From an uncultured Chloroflexia bacterium (lineage in GTDB: Bacteria; Chloroflexota; Limnocylindria; Limnocylindrales; CSP1-4), in assembly GCA_963724635.1 (NCBI GenBank), contig CAVRVI010000001.1:16678-80677 (forward strand): DNA of 64,000 nucleotides, in the 5' to 3' direction. This document shows, piece by piece, positions 30,658 through 40,774 of the stretch. The translations under genes were made by a program, and so were the position numbers. The notes beneath the pieces were generated by a model. That model was not told the DNA's origin, made no database searches, and was given only the letters and a program-made list of their open reading frames with translations. Position 1 is the stretch's first letter, and every line of letters starts with the position of its first letter.

Positions 30658-31797
30658 ATGGGACTCGTTCGACGAGCGGGCCTGGTCGCCGCCATCGCCG
30701 CGGCACCGCTGGGGCTCGCGTACCGCTTCGCGCTGGCGTATCGCGCCCGCGCCGGCTACCCGCGTCCCCATCCGCCGCTGACCACGCCCGCGGACCTCGG
30801 CCTGCCGTACGAGACCACGACCGTGCGCTCCGGGACGCTGACCCTGCCGGCCTGGTTCATCCCGGCGCGTGACGGGGCCCCGGGACCGGGCGTCGCCCTG
30901 GTCCACGGCTGGGAATCCGCGCGCGACCGGACGCTGCCCAACGCCGTGTTCCTCCATGCCGCGGGCTTCCACTGCCTCACCATCGACGTTCGAGGCCATG
31001 GCGCCAATCCGCCCGAGACGCTGCCGATCAGCGCCGGCGAGTTCGGGCTCGATGCGCTCGCGACCTTCGAGGCGCTCGTCGACCGGCCCGAGGTGACCAT
31101 CGGGGCCGTCGCCGGGCACTCGATGGGAGCGATCGGAGCCATCCTCGCGGGCGCAGCGGATCCACGCGTGGCGGCGATCGTCGCGACGTCCGCCCCGGCC
31201 GATCCGCTGCGGCTCACGCGCCAGACGTTCCGCCTCGCCAAGCTGCCGATCCCGGACCTGATCGCCTACCCCCTCGCGTGGCTGACGACCCGCGTCTATC
31301 TGCGACCGCGCGGCCACCGCGTCCCCGAGATCAGCGCCACGGCAGCCATCGCCCGGTACCGCGGCCCGGTCCTGCTGACCCACGGCTCCGAGGACACGGT
31401 CGTGCCGCCGAGCCACATGACGACGACTCGCGGCGGCCGCCCGCGCGGCGCGCGACCACGACCCGGACGCGGCCACGGTGGAGTCGGTCGTCATCGACGG
31501 GGGCCAGCACTCGTGGCTCTACGAGGACGCGGGCTATCGCGAGGTCGTGGCCCGGTTCCTCGCGACCTCGTTCGGCGGTCCGCTCGCCCCCGACGAGGCA
31601 GGGCGCATCGCGGCAGCCACACCGGCCGAGCGAATCCCCGACGGCGAGGCCAGGTTCGACGCCGTCGCGGCGACGCCGGGTGGTCTCCGCACCCTCGCCC
31701 AGGTCGCCCTCCCCGGCGCGACGAAGGTGCCGACCATCGCGGTGCCGGCCGTTGCGGCGCCCGACCCGGCCCACCGCCCGCCGAGTCGGCTTCGTGA
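30658..31797 (+). CDS. Alpha/beta hydrolase with an N-terminal anchor (indels ~31415 and ~31770)
   Basis: LVHGW, DVRGHG, GHSMG, LTHGSEDTVVP. Confidence 0.82.
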   Translation: MGLVRRAGLVAAIAAAPLGLAYRFALAYRARAGYPRPHPPLTTPADLGLPYETTTVRSGTLTLPAWFIPARDGAPGPGVALVHGWESARDRTLPNAVFLHAAGFHCLTIDVRGHGANPPETLPISAGEFGLDALATFEALVDRPEVTIGAVAGHSMGAIGAILAGAADPRVAAIVATSAPADPLRLTRQTFRLAKLPIPDLIAYPLAWLTTRVYLRPRGHRVPEISATAAIARYRGPVLLTHGSEDTVVPPSHMTTTRGGRPRGARPRPGRGHGGVGRHRRGPALVALRGRGLSRGRGPVPRDLVRRSARPRRGRAHRGSHTGRANPRRRGQVRRRRGDAGWSPHPRPGRPPRRDEGADHRGAGRCGARPGPPPAESAS

Positions 31798-32329
31798 CGC
31801 AGCCCGATCCGGTCTGGACCGCCATCGCGAGCAAGCGCGCGATCCGCGCCTTCGCCGACCGGCCCCTCGAGCCGGCGCACCTCGAGCGGATCCTCCGCGC
31901 CGGCCGACGCGCGCATTCCTCCAAGAACCAGCAGCGCTGGTCGTTCATCGTCGCGCGGGACCGATCGCATCTGCGCGAACTGGCCCAGCTCGGGCCGTTC
32001 ACGGGCCATCTCGCGGGCGCCGCGGTCGCCATCGCCCTGGTCACGCCAGACCCACGAGCGGCTGGAGTCCCGCCATCGGTCATGTTCGACCTGGGTCAGG
32101 CGGCGGACGCGATGATGCTCGCGGCCTGGGAGCTGGGCGTCGGGAGCTGCCCCGCGACCGTCTACGAGCACGACCGGGCCCGCGAGCTGCTGGGCTATCC
32201 CGCCGACCAGCACTGCGAGTTCCTGTTGTCGTTCGGCTATCCGGCCGACCCCGCCGATCTCGACGAGGCCGTCGCGTCCCGGGGGTCGACTGACCGCTCG
32301 ACGACCTCGTCCACGACGAGCGCTGGTAG
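31794..32329 (+). CDS. Nitroreductase family protein (indel near the C-terminus)
   Basis: AIASKRAIRAF, AHSSKNQQRWSF, FDLGQA...MMLAAWELGVGSC, SFGYPA. Confidence 0.88.
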
Positions 32330-32334
32330 CCGAC

Positions 32335-33430
32335 CTACTGCCAGCGGAACTTGCGCGCGGCGATCGCGAAACAGACGACGAGCCAGCCGAGCAGGACGGC
32401 CGCGCACACATAGAGCGGCGCGAACGCGGCACCACCGACCATCACCTGGCGCAACGCGTCGGACAGGTAGGTCAACGGGATCACCCGCGCCACGGTCTGG
32501 AGACGTGGGGCATGGCCTCGATCGGGAAGAACGTGCCCGACAGGAACATCATCGGGAACTGGATGACGCTGATCATCCCGTTGGCCGAAATCCTCGGTCT
32601 TCGCGAACGAGGCGACGACGTACCCGAGCGCCAGGAACGCGACCGCGCCCAGCGACGACGAAGACGATCGACAGGGCGAACGGCCCGGTGATCACCACGC
32701 CGAAGACGACCACGCCGACGCCGATGATGATCACCGACTGCACGAGGGCGATCAGCAGTCGCATCAGGACGTTCGAGCCGACGAGCTGCCAGCGCTGGAG
32801 CGGGGTCGCGGCCAATCGCTTGAGGATCAGCTTCTCGCGGTCGGCGACGAGCGGGATCGCGGCGAAGATGCCCGACCTGCATGATCGAGAGGCCGAGCAT
32901 GCTGGGCACGAAGTAGCTGATGAAGTTGATGTTCTCGGTCTGCAGCGTCTCCGCCTGCAGGGTGACGAGCGGCGGCCGCCCACCGAGGTTGACGACCCCG
33001 AGGACCGCCCCGACGGCCTGGTAGACCGAGGCCACGAGGTTGGACCGCGAGGGGTCGGTGTACACGATGACGGGCGTCGGCGGACCCGTGCCAGCCTCAC
33101 CGGCCGCGAGCCCCGTGCCATATCCAGCCGGCACGACGATGACGGCATCCACATCGCCCTCGCGCATGCTGCCGAGCGAGCCGTCGCGGTCGCCGTCGGT
33201 GAGTTCGGTGCCTTCCTGGGCCACGAACGCCGCGCGCAGCGCGGTCGAGGCCGCCGAGCCATCCTCGTCGACCCAGCCGAGGGTCAGGCCGGCGCTGCCA
33301 CTCCGCCCTGGAAGATGAACCCGAACATGAAGATGAAGATCAGCGGGAAGGCGAGCGTCCAGAACAGGGCCGCACGATCGCGGGTGTAGCTCCGGATGTT
33401 GGCGGACGTAAGGGCAAGGAGGGCGTGCAT
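32335..33430 (-). CDS. ABC-2 transporter permease (several indels)
   Basis: ALFWTLAFPLIF, YFVPSMLGLSIMQ, REKLILKRLAATP, PMMFLSGTFFP. Confidence 0.85.
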
Positions 33431-33434
33431 CGGG

Positions 33435-34368
33435 TCAGTCGCGCAACGCCCGACCGGTCAGGTCGAGGAACACGTCTTCGAGGGTCGCCCGGCGGATCCC
33501 CAGGTTCTTGGGCTCCAGTCCGCGTGAATCGGCGAGGGCCAGCAGACCGCCGATGGTCGGGCCGACGTCGCTGGTATAGACGAGCACGGCGCCGTCATCC
33601 TCCTTGACCGAGGACACGCCGGGCAGGGTCTGGAGGTCGTCGGTCGACAGCCCCATCGAGCGCGTCGAACTGCACGGCACGCTCCTTGAACCGCTTGCTC
33701 ACGAGCTCATCGACCGTGCCCATCTCCAGGATGCGGCCGTGGTCCATGATCGCGATGCGGTCGCAGAGGATCTCGGCCTCCTCCATGTAGTGCGTGGTGA
33801 GCAGCACGGATCGACCGGCCGCCTGGAACCCGCGGACCAGGTCCCACAACGAGCGCCGAGCCGCCGGGTCCAGGCCGGTCGTCGGCTCATCGAGGAAGAC
33901 GAGCTCGGGGTCGTTGACGAGGGCCAGGGCGACCGCGAGGCGCTGCCGCTGGCCACCCGACAGGACCTGGCTCTGGGCGTGGCGGCGCTCCCCGAGCTCC
34001 AGCGCGTCGATGAGCTCGGCGGTCGGGCGCGGGTTCGGGTAGAAGCTGCGAAACAGGTCCACGAGCTCGGTGACGGTGAGCTTCGGGTACATGGCCGCGG
34101 TCTGCAGGCTCACCCCGATGCGCGGCTTGAGGGCGTTCGCATCCTTGACGACGTCGAGTCCCAGCACGGAGACCTCGCCCCCATCGGGAGCCCGCAGCCC
34201 CTCGAGGATCTCGACGGTCGTGGTCTTGCCCGCACCATTGGGTCCCAGCAGCCCGAAGATCTCGCCGCGCGCGACCTCGAAGTCGATGCCGGCCACCGCC
34301 TGCACGTCACCGTATCGCTTGGTCAGCCCGCGAACCCGGACGACCGGATCGCTCGTCGTCATCGTCAT
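33435..34368 (-). CDS. ABC transporter ATP-binding protein (indel near 33655)
   Basis: GPNGAGKT, LSGGQRQR, FLDEPTTGLD, TLEDVFL. Confidence 0.92.
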
Positions 34369-34440
34369 GCGCTCACGATGGTGCCACCGCGCGGCCGGGA
34401 TAGCCAATCGGCGCGAGGCCGATCGGCGCGCGGCCCTCGA

Positions 34441-35868
34441 TCACGAGTCGCTCGGGAGCGCGGCGGCGTCGTCATCCTCGTCGACGACCTCGCCATCGAA
34501 TCGCTCGTCCTCCGGGCCAGGTTCGAGCCCGGTCTCCCAGCCCGTCGACCAATCGATGTCGAGGCCGGTGAGGGTCGCGGGCGCCGTGGAGTCCAATTCA
34601 GGCGCCGGTGCGCCGAGACCGATGTACGCGTCGATCGCGGCGCGCAGGCCGACGTCCGTGCCGGCGAGCTCGGACAGGATCCACTTCTCCTCCAGGACGT
34701 CGCAATACGCCTGGAGGGGATCGCGCAGGCCGCCGATCGCCGGGAGCAGCTCCGCCAGGGTCGGCTCGAGCACGTCGTCCACCCAGCGCTCGGCAGCGGT
34801 CGCCTCGTCGACCGGGTGCCCGCCGTTGAATTCGAGCCAGGTCCGGTACTCGCGCAGGTCGTTGAGGAGCAGCTGGGCCTGGCCTTCCAGGGCCGAGATG
34901 CCGGTCAGGCGCTGGAGCTCGCGTGCATGGAACCGGCGATTCGCCACCGTGACCTTGAGGCGGACGACCTCTTGCCGGCCGTCGGCCGGTTCGAGCGAGA
35001 TCTCGTCGACCGCGAAGCCGAGGTCGTTGAGACGACGGATCCGTGCCCGGACCGCATGTCGATCGTCGGGGTGGAGCTCGGGTTCGAGTCGGAGCTCGTC
35101 CCAGACGGCCGCATAGCGTGCGCGGACGGTCTCGGCTGCGTCCACGGCGTCGTCGGCGGCGTCCGGGCGTCCCTGCATCGCCCCGAGGTCGGCGAGGCCG
35201 AAGGCCACGTTCTCCACCAGGATATCGAGGTCGTACGAGCGCTGGCCGTCGGACAGGGCCGGGTAGATGGCGCTCGTCTCGGCATCTACGAGGAAGGCCT
35301 GGATCTTGTCGCCGTCGCGGCGGAACAGGGTGTTCGCGAGCGAGCAGTCGCCCCAGAACACGCCCGCCCGGTGGAGGTCCACGAGCAGCCACGCCATCGC
35401 GTCGAGCAGGCGGTCGCGGTACGGACCGGGGCCCAGCGGGAAGCGCATCAGCAGGCGCCGATACTGGATGGAGAACTCGAGGTATTCGGTCACGAGGATC
35501 GCGGCCCCGCGCTCCGGGGCTTCGGCCAGGCCCACCGCCTTCACGGCGGGCAGCCCCAGGTCGGCGAGGTGGCGGAGGACCTCGAACTCGCTCCGCGCGA
35601 CGTCCAGGGGCTCGTCCTTGAGGGCGTAGGTCCGGCGGTCCGTGACAAGGAAACGGACGAGGTGGCGCGACGGTCCGACCGGCAGCTCCCGGAAGCGCAT
35701 CCCGCCGAGCGAACCGTCGTCACCGGGAGCCCAGTCCTCGAGCGGGTCCTCCCACGGCAGGTCCAGGAGCTCGGCAGCTCCCTCCCGCAGGCGGAGTCGA
35801 GGGAACCCGGCTGGCGCCCGCGCGGCCGGTGGCGCGGACGGATCGAGCGGCGTCCGGGGCTCGGTCAG
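34441..35868 (-). CDS. DUF4032-family protein (kinase-like fold; start approximate)
   Basis: LLDLPWEDPL, SRHLVRF, YALKD, GVFWGDCSLANTLFRRD, LVDAETS, LEEKWILSE. Confidence 0.8.
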   Translation of the reverse strand: MTEPRTPLDPSAPPAARAPAGFPRLRLREGAAELLDLPWEDPLEDWAPGDDGSLGGMRFRELPVGPSRHLVRFLVTDRRTYALKDEPLDVARSEFEVLRHLADLGLPAVKAVGLAEAPERGAAILVTEYLEFSIQYRRLLMRFPLGPGPYRDRLLDAMAWLLVDLHRAGVFWGDCSLANTLFRRDGDKIQAFLVDAETSAIYPALSDGQRSYDLDILVENVAFGLADLGAMQGRPDAADDAVDAAETVRARYAAVWDELRLEPELHPDDRHAVRARIRRLNDLGFAVDEISLEPADGRQEVVRLKVTVANRRFHARELQRLTGISALEGQAQLLLNDLREYRTWLEFNGGHPVDEATAAERWVDDVLEPTLAELLPAIGGLRDPLQAYCDVLEEKWILSELAGTDVGLRAAIDAYIGLGAPAPELDSTAPATLTGLDIDWSTGWETGLEPGPEDERFDGEVVDEDDDAAALPSDS

Positions 35869-36302
35869 AGCTTCTTCCGGAGGTAGGCCGCGACGGAGCC
35901 GTCGTAGCCCGCCGATTCGTAGAGCCGGCGCGCCTCGGGCCGATGATGGCCGGCCGTGATCTCGATGAAGGCCGCACCGAGCTCCGTGGCGACACGCTCC
36001 GCGTCGGCCATGAGCGCTCGCCCCACCCCGCGTTCGCGCGCGCCGGCATCCACCACGAGCGCGAGGATGCGCACGATCCGGTCGTCGTGCTCGAAGCGCG
36101 GCATCGCGTGCAGGGCGATGAACCCCAGGATCGCCCCGTCGTGCTCCGCGACGAGGACCTGGGAGTGCGCCGACGCGAACCGGCCGAGCCGCTCCACGAT
36201 GTCGCTGGGGCCGGCCGGGTAGCCCTCGTCGGTGAAGAGGGCGGCGATGGCATCGGCATCGGCCGGGACGGCGGGGCGGATGGACAGCACGGGTTCGGTC
36301 AT
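35865..36302 (-). CDS. GNAT-family acetyltransferase
   Basis: LVVDAGARERGVGRALM, RRLYESAGY. Confidence 0.88.
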   Translation of the reverse strand: MTEPVLSIRPAVPADADAIAALFTDEGYPAGPSDIVERLGRFASAHSQVLVAEHDGAILGFIALHAMPRFEHDDRIVRILALVVDAGARERGVGRALMADAERVATELGAAFIEITAGHHRPEARRLYESAGYDGSVAAYLRKKL

Positions 36303-36757
36303 GGCCGGATGGTAGCCGCCTGCACCAGGATGTGGTGCGGTCCATCCACCGGCCCGTCGAGGACCAGGCGTTCCGGCCCGAACGGCCCATCGCGGACCAC
36401 CGAGAGACGGTGCATGGACGGCACGTCGCGGCCGGGATCGACATCGACCCCGGGCGGTGGTCCGTGCCCGGCCTCCCACGTGGCACACCAGGACTCGCCA
36501 TGGCGAGCGAGCGTGACCGCCAGGCGGCCCTCCGTGCTGGGTTCCAGGAGCACGACGAGGGGTGCGCCGGCGACCGTCGCGTCAGCGGCGCGGCCGACCA
36601 GGCAGCGCGCCCCGAGGAGGATGCAGTCCGGGGCGACCTCGAACCCCGACCCGGATGCCAGCAGCGGCGCCAGTTCCCGGGTCGCGCGCTCGAGTTCCAC
36701 GGTCGCCCAGCCGACGGCACGAAGGTTCGCGGGATCTGGGCCGCGGCGTTCGATCAT
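36299..36757 (-). CDS. Hypothetical protein (VOC-like?)
   Basis: GWATVELER, LLEPSTEGRLAVTLARHGE; ATGA-coupled on both sides. Confidence 0.6.
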   Translation of the reverse strand: MIERRGPDPANLRAVGWATVELERATRELAPLLASGSGFEVAPDCILLGARCLVGRAADATVAGAPLVVLLEPSTEGRLAVTLARHGESWCATWEAGHGPPPGVDVDPGRDVPSMHRLSVVRDGPFGPERLVLDGPVDGPHHILVQAATIRP

Positions 36758-37587
36758 CCGATGAGCAGCATGTCGGGCGCAGGGTCACCGACGTAGGCGA
36801 AGCCGAGTCGCTCGTAGAGCGCCTTGGCCGGGGCATTGTCCGCGAAGACACCCAGGTGGACCATCTCGCTCCCGGCCGCGAACCCGTCCACGGTCGCTGT
36901 GGACGTGACGAGCCGGCCGAGGCCCCGGCCGCGCGCCGCGGCCACCGTCCCGATCGAGGACAGGTAGCTGAGACCGTCGAACGTCGCTCGCCGGGCGACC
37001 GCGGCCGGCGCCCCGTCAAGGCGGACGAGATAGTGGGTGAACCGGGGGTCGCCGAGCGAGGCGAGCGTCTCGGCGATGATGCCGGGACGCCGGTCCCAGC
37101 TCACGGTGAAGGCCTCCCCGAGGACCCCGACGATCGCGGTCGCCACGGTGAACGCCGCCTCACCGTCGAGGTGGCGGTATCGCTCGACCGACACTCGGGC
37201 GTCCGGTCCGGCGGCGACCACTGCCTGCGCCGGTGCGGGATCGGTCGAGACCATCAGGTGGCCGGGCCCGGCATCCTCGAACCCGTTCGCGACCAGCCGG
37301 TCGAGCAGGTCGGTCGGGGTGTCGTACGGCGGCAACAGCCAGATGTGTGGCTGACGGCCGATGCTGGCGAACAGGATCCGGATCTCCGCAAGCCGCTGGT
37401 CGAAGGCATCGGGGTCCGTCGGGAAGCGGACCCCTTCGAGTCGATTCCAGAACGGCTCCGGGTCGTGCGGATCGTGGAGCAGCAATGCGTCGCCGAGGTC
37501 GCGGACCTCGCGGCCCGGCACCGCGTGCACGGTGGCCTCGTGCCGGAGCAGACGGATCACCGTCGGGAGGTCCACACTCGCCCGCAT
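36754..37587 (-). CDS. GNAT-family acetyltransferase
   Basis: IGTVAAARGRGLGR, NAPAKALYERLGF. Confidence 0.85.
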   Translation of the reverse strand: MRASVDLPTVIRLLRHEATVHAVPGREVRDLGDALLLHDPHDPEPFWNRLEGVRFPTDPDAFDQRLAEIRILFASIGRQPHIWLLPPYDTPTDLLDRLVANGFEDAGPGHLMVSTDPAPAQAVVAAGPDARVSVERYRHLDGEAAFTVATAIVGVLGEAFTVSWDRRPGIIAETLASLGDPRFTHYLVRLDGAPAAVARRATFDGLSYLSSIGTVAAARGRGLGRLVTSTATVDGFAAGSEMVHLGVFADNAPAKALYERLGFAYVGDPAPDMLLIG

Positions 37588-37603
37588 GCGTCGATGGCCC
37601 TAC

Positions 37604-37629
37604 GAAACCGGCCGCGTCGAGCGAACGTA
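37604..37629 (+). promoter_or_regulatory. Candidate ECF-sigma promoter GAAAC-N17-CGTA
   Basis: Upstream of the cupredoxin; matches the CHRD upstream motif. Confidence 0.45.
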
Positions 37630-37675
37630 CCGGGCGATGACGGCACCGGCCGCCAGCCTGCCCCGAGGAGTCGAC

Positions 37676-38149
37676 ATGTCCCGTCGTCCGATCCCGGTCG
37701 TGGTCGTCGGTATCGTCGCGCTGTTCGCGATCGCGGCCTGCAGCAGCGGCGGAGGCGGCAGCGGGGCGTCCAGCCCGGAAACGGTCGGGGGCGGCCGATA
37801 CGGCGACGCGCCGACCACACCGGCTCCGGCGTCCGTCGCCCCCGCGGCCGGAGGGTCCGCGGCGGCGGGCGGCGCCTGCACGGCCTCCACGGCGGCGGGG
37901 ACCGTCCAGGTGGCGATCGCGGAGCGGGCCTTCGATCCGGCCACGATCAAGGCCAAGGTCGGCGACGTCATCGCGTTCACCAACGCGGACGCCGTCCCCC
38001 ACACGGCGACCCTCGACGACGGATCGTGCACGACCGAGAACCTCGGCAAGGACCAGACGGGATCGCTGACCTTCTCGGCGCCGGGCACGTACCCGTTCCA
38101 CTGCAAGATCCACGCCAGCATGACGGGGTCGTTCGAGATCACGAGCTGA
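37676..38149 (+). CDS. Lipoprotein cupredoxin (type-1 blue copper)
   Basis: IAAC lipobox; N.DAVPHTAT and YPFHCKIHASM (His, Cys, His, Met ligands). Confidence 0.9.
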   Translation: MSRRPIPVVVVGIVALFAIAACSSGGGGSGASSPETVGGGRYGDAPTTPAPASVAPAAGGSAAAGGACTASTAAGTVQVAIAERAFDPATIKAKVGDVIAFTNADAVPHTATLDDGSCTTENLGKDQTGSLTFSAPGTYPFHCKIHASMTGSFEITS

Positions 38150-38189
38150 ACCTGGGCGTCGCCGGCGGGATCCCGCGTCGGTCCGATGC

Positions 38190-39203
38190 TCAGGCCTGGC
38201 GTTCCGCCACGAACGCCATGGCCCCCGAGGGCAGATCGATGGCGATCGGGGTCGGGAGGCCGGCATCGGCGAACCAGGCCACGTACTGGTCGCGCGGGAC
38301 GAGCGCCGTGCCCTGATAGAGCTCGTCGAGCTGCATCCCGGCGATCAGTTCGCCGTGCCGGGTCCGGAACTCGTCGGGCTCCACGGGCAGCGGCCAGTCC
38401 AGGACGAGGATCCGACCGCCCGGGCGCAGGGCGGCCCACGCGGCGCTCAGCACCGACGGCGCATCGGAGAGCTGGTGGAGCGCGTACTGGAAGTAGGCGA
38501 GGTCGTAGGTGCCCTTGTCGCCCGGCTGCGTGGCGCGGGCCTCGCGGATGACGATGCGGTCGGTCAGGCCCTCCTCGGCGATCGTCGCTCGCGCACGGGC
38601 GACCGAATCCGACTCGAATTCGACGCCGACGAGCTCGAGCGCCGGGAAGCGCCGGGCCATGGCGACGAGCCAGCGACCGCCGCCGCAGTGCACGTCGACC
38701 ACGCGGCCGCCGCCGGACAGGTCGGCGGCCAGCTGCGGAAGCGCCGCCAGGACCTCCTGGAAGAAGACCGCGATGTCCTGGCGTGTCAGGCGCTCGATGG
38801 CCACGCGGTAGCGATCGGGGCGCTCCTGGAGCGGGGCGCCCGTCCGGAAGAAGGCGGTCATGCCGGCCCAGTCCAGCGACGCGACCGCGGCGTGGACGAA
38901 CTGGCCGCCGAGGTAGTCGGCTCGGTCGCCATCGAGGAGCATCGCCGCGACCTCGTCGTCCATGGACAGGTGGCCATCCTCGTACACGACCAGGTCGTGC
39001 GCGTCAGCCGCCCAGGCCCAGGTGGCGATGGCCGGCTCGTGGGTCCCGGTCGCGGCGGCCAGGGCCGCGGGCGCGATCCCCGCCCGGCCGGCCGCGCGGA
39101 CGGCGGCGAACAGGCCCGTCTCCAGACCGAGGTAGACCAGCCACGTCCGGTGGAACCCGCCGAGGCTGGCGATGAGGTCGTCGAAGCGGTCGTCGTGGCC
39201 CAT
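38190..39203 (-). CDS. Class I SAM-dependent methyltransferase with an N-terminal winged helix
   Basis: VVDVHCGGG, YDLAYF..ALH, LRPGGRILVLD. Confidence 0.85.
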   Translation of the reverse strand: MGHDDRFDDLIASLGGFHRTWLVYLGLETGLFAAVRAAGRAGIAPAALAAATGTHEPAIATWAWAADAHDLVVYEDGHLSMDDEVAAMLLDGDRADYLGGQFVHAAVASLDWAGMTAFFRTGAPLQERPDRYRVAIERLTRQDIAVFFQEVLAALPQLAADLSGGGRVVDVHCGGGRWLVAMARRFPALELVGVEFESDSVARARATIAEEGLTDRIVIREARATQPGDKGTYDLAYFQYALHQLSDAPSVLSAAWAALRPGGRILVLDWPLPVEPDEFRTRHGELIAGMQLDELYQGTALVPRDQYVAWFADAGLPTPIAIDLPSGAMAFVAERQA

Positions 39204-39302
39204 CGGGCCGATTGTCGCACGGCCGGACCTGCCCGCATGGCACGCGCCGGGTACCGTTACGGTCATGCAACGGTCCGGCGCCAGCGCTGGTTCTGGGTGG
39301 TG

Positions 39303-39935
39303 ATGGACACGACCGACACGCTCCGCACCGACCATCACGAGGGCGACGCGCGCCTTGTGGCGGCCCTTGCCCGGGACCTGGACGGCACCTTTCCCGAGCT
39401 CGTCACCGAGCACCAGGACCGGCTCTACTCGATCGCCTTGCGCATGCTCGGCGATCCCCACGACGCCGAGGAGGCGGCCCAGGACGCCATGGTCAAGGCC
39501 TATCGGGCGCTGGCCGGTTATGACGCGACGCGGATCGCCGAGCTGCGACTGCGAGGCTGGTTGGCGACGATCGTCCTCAACGGCTGCCGCACGCGGCTCG
39601 GGCGGCGGGCGGGGCGCGGCCTTCCGCCAGCCTCGCTCGACGACGCCGTGCCGGGGCGGATGGAGCCGCGCAGTCCCGACGGCGGTTCGCCCGAGGCGGT
39701 CGTCCAGCGGCGTGACGAACGGGAGGCGTGGGGAGCCCGCCTCCTGCAGCTGCCACCCGCCTACCGGGCCGCCGTCGTGCTCCGGCACGTCGACGGCCTG
39801 TCCTATCCCGAGACCGCCGCGGCCCTTGGCCGGCCCGAGGGCACCGTCAAGGCCCAGGTCCACCGGGGGATCGCCCTGTTGCGCACGATGCTCGAGGCCG
39901 AACGCCGGTCCGAGCGCCAGGAGATGACCGCATGA
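39303..39935 (+). CDS. ECF RNA polymerase sigma factor
   Basis: LYSIALRMLGDPHDAEEAAQDA (region 2), WLATIVLN, LSYPETA...EGTVKAQVHRG (region 4). Confidence 0.92.
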   Translation: MDTTDTLRTDHHEGDARLVAALARDLDGTFPELVTEHQDRLYSIALRMLGDPHDAEEAAQDAMVKAYRALAGYDATRIAELRLRGWLATIVLNGCRTRLGRRAGRGLPPASLDDAVPGRMEPRSPDGGSPEAVVQRRDEREAWGARLLQLPPAYRAAVVLRHVDGLSYPETAAALGRPEGTVKAQVHRGIALLRTMLEAERRSERQEMTA

Positions 39936-40735
39936 CCACGACTGACCCCACCATCGAGGCCGCACTCGGCGGGCTCGTCGTCCCGGCCCCCGCGACCCTG
40001 CGACCGGGCGTTCTCGTCGCCACCGGACTGGCCGACTTCTACGCCCGGGTGGGATCCCCGATCGGCTCGATCGTCGTGGCCTGGAACGGCCTGGGCGTCT
40101 CGCTGGTCGATGCCGAAGCGGACGACGCCGCGTTCGAGACACGCCATGCCGCCGTGACCGGCCGTCCTGCCTTCCACGCTGAGGACGGCGTGCCCGATCG
40201 ACTCGCCTCGGCGATCGCGCGTCGCCTCGAGGGCGACCGGCGCGTCCGCATCGACCTCGACCTGCGCGGCCATACCCCATTCGAGCGCGACGTGTGGCTG
40301 AAGGCGCTCGAGATCCCCCACGGCGAGGTCCGGCCGTACGGCTGGATCGCCGGGGAGATCGGTCGCCCCCGGGCGGTCCGCGCGGTGGGTACGGCGCTGG
40401 GCCACAACCCGGTCCCGCTCATCGTCCCGTGCCACCGGGTCGTGCGGACGGATGGCACCATCGGGCAGTACTCGCTGGGCGGGCCGGCCAACAAGCGGAC
40501 CATCCTGCGCAGCGAGGGCCTGGACCCCGACGGCCTCGAGCATCTCGCGGCCGCCGGCATCCGCTACATCGGCTCGGACACGACCCACGTGGTGTGCCTG
40601 CCGACCTGCCACCACGCCCGGCGCATCACCGACGCGCATCGCGTCCCGTTCCGCTCGATGCGGGCCGCGGAAGGGGCCGGCTATCGGCCCTGCCACGTCT
40701 GCCGGCCCGACTCGGGAGTCGCGGTCGCGGCCTGA
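39932..40735 (+). CDS. O6-alkylguanine DNA methyltransferase fused to a C-terminal Ada Zn-binding domain
   Basis: VRAVGTAL, VPCHRVV; C-terminal CLPTC...GYRPCHVC; ATGA overlap with the sigma gene. Confidence 0.9.
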   Translation: MTTTDPTIEAALGGLVVPAPATLRPGVLVATGLADFYARVGSPIGSIVVAWNGLGVSLVDAEADDAAFETRHAAVTGRPAFHAEDGVPDRLASAIARRLEGDRRVRIDLDLRGHTPFERDVWLKALEIPHGEVRPYGWIAGEIGRPRAVRAVGTALGHNPVPLIVPCHRVVRTDGTIGQYSLGGPANKRTILRSEGLDPDGLEHLAAAGIRYIGSDTTHVVCLPTCHHARRITDAHRVPFRSMRAAEGAGYRPCHVCRPDSGVAVAA

Positions 40736-40774
40736 CACGCCAGGGCGTATCCTGTGCCCTTGGACCAGACCCCT

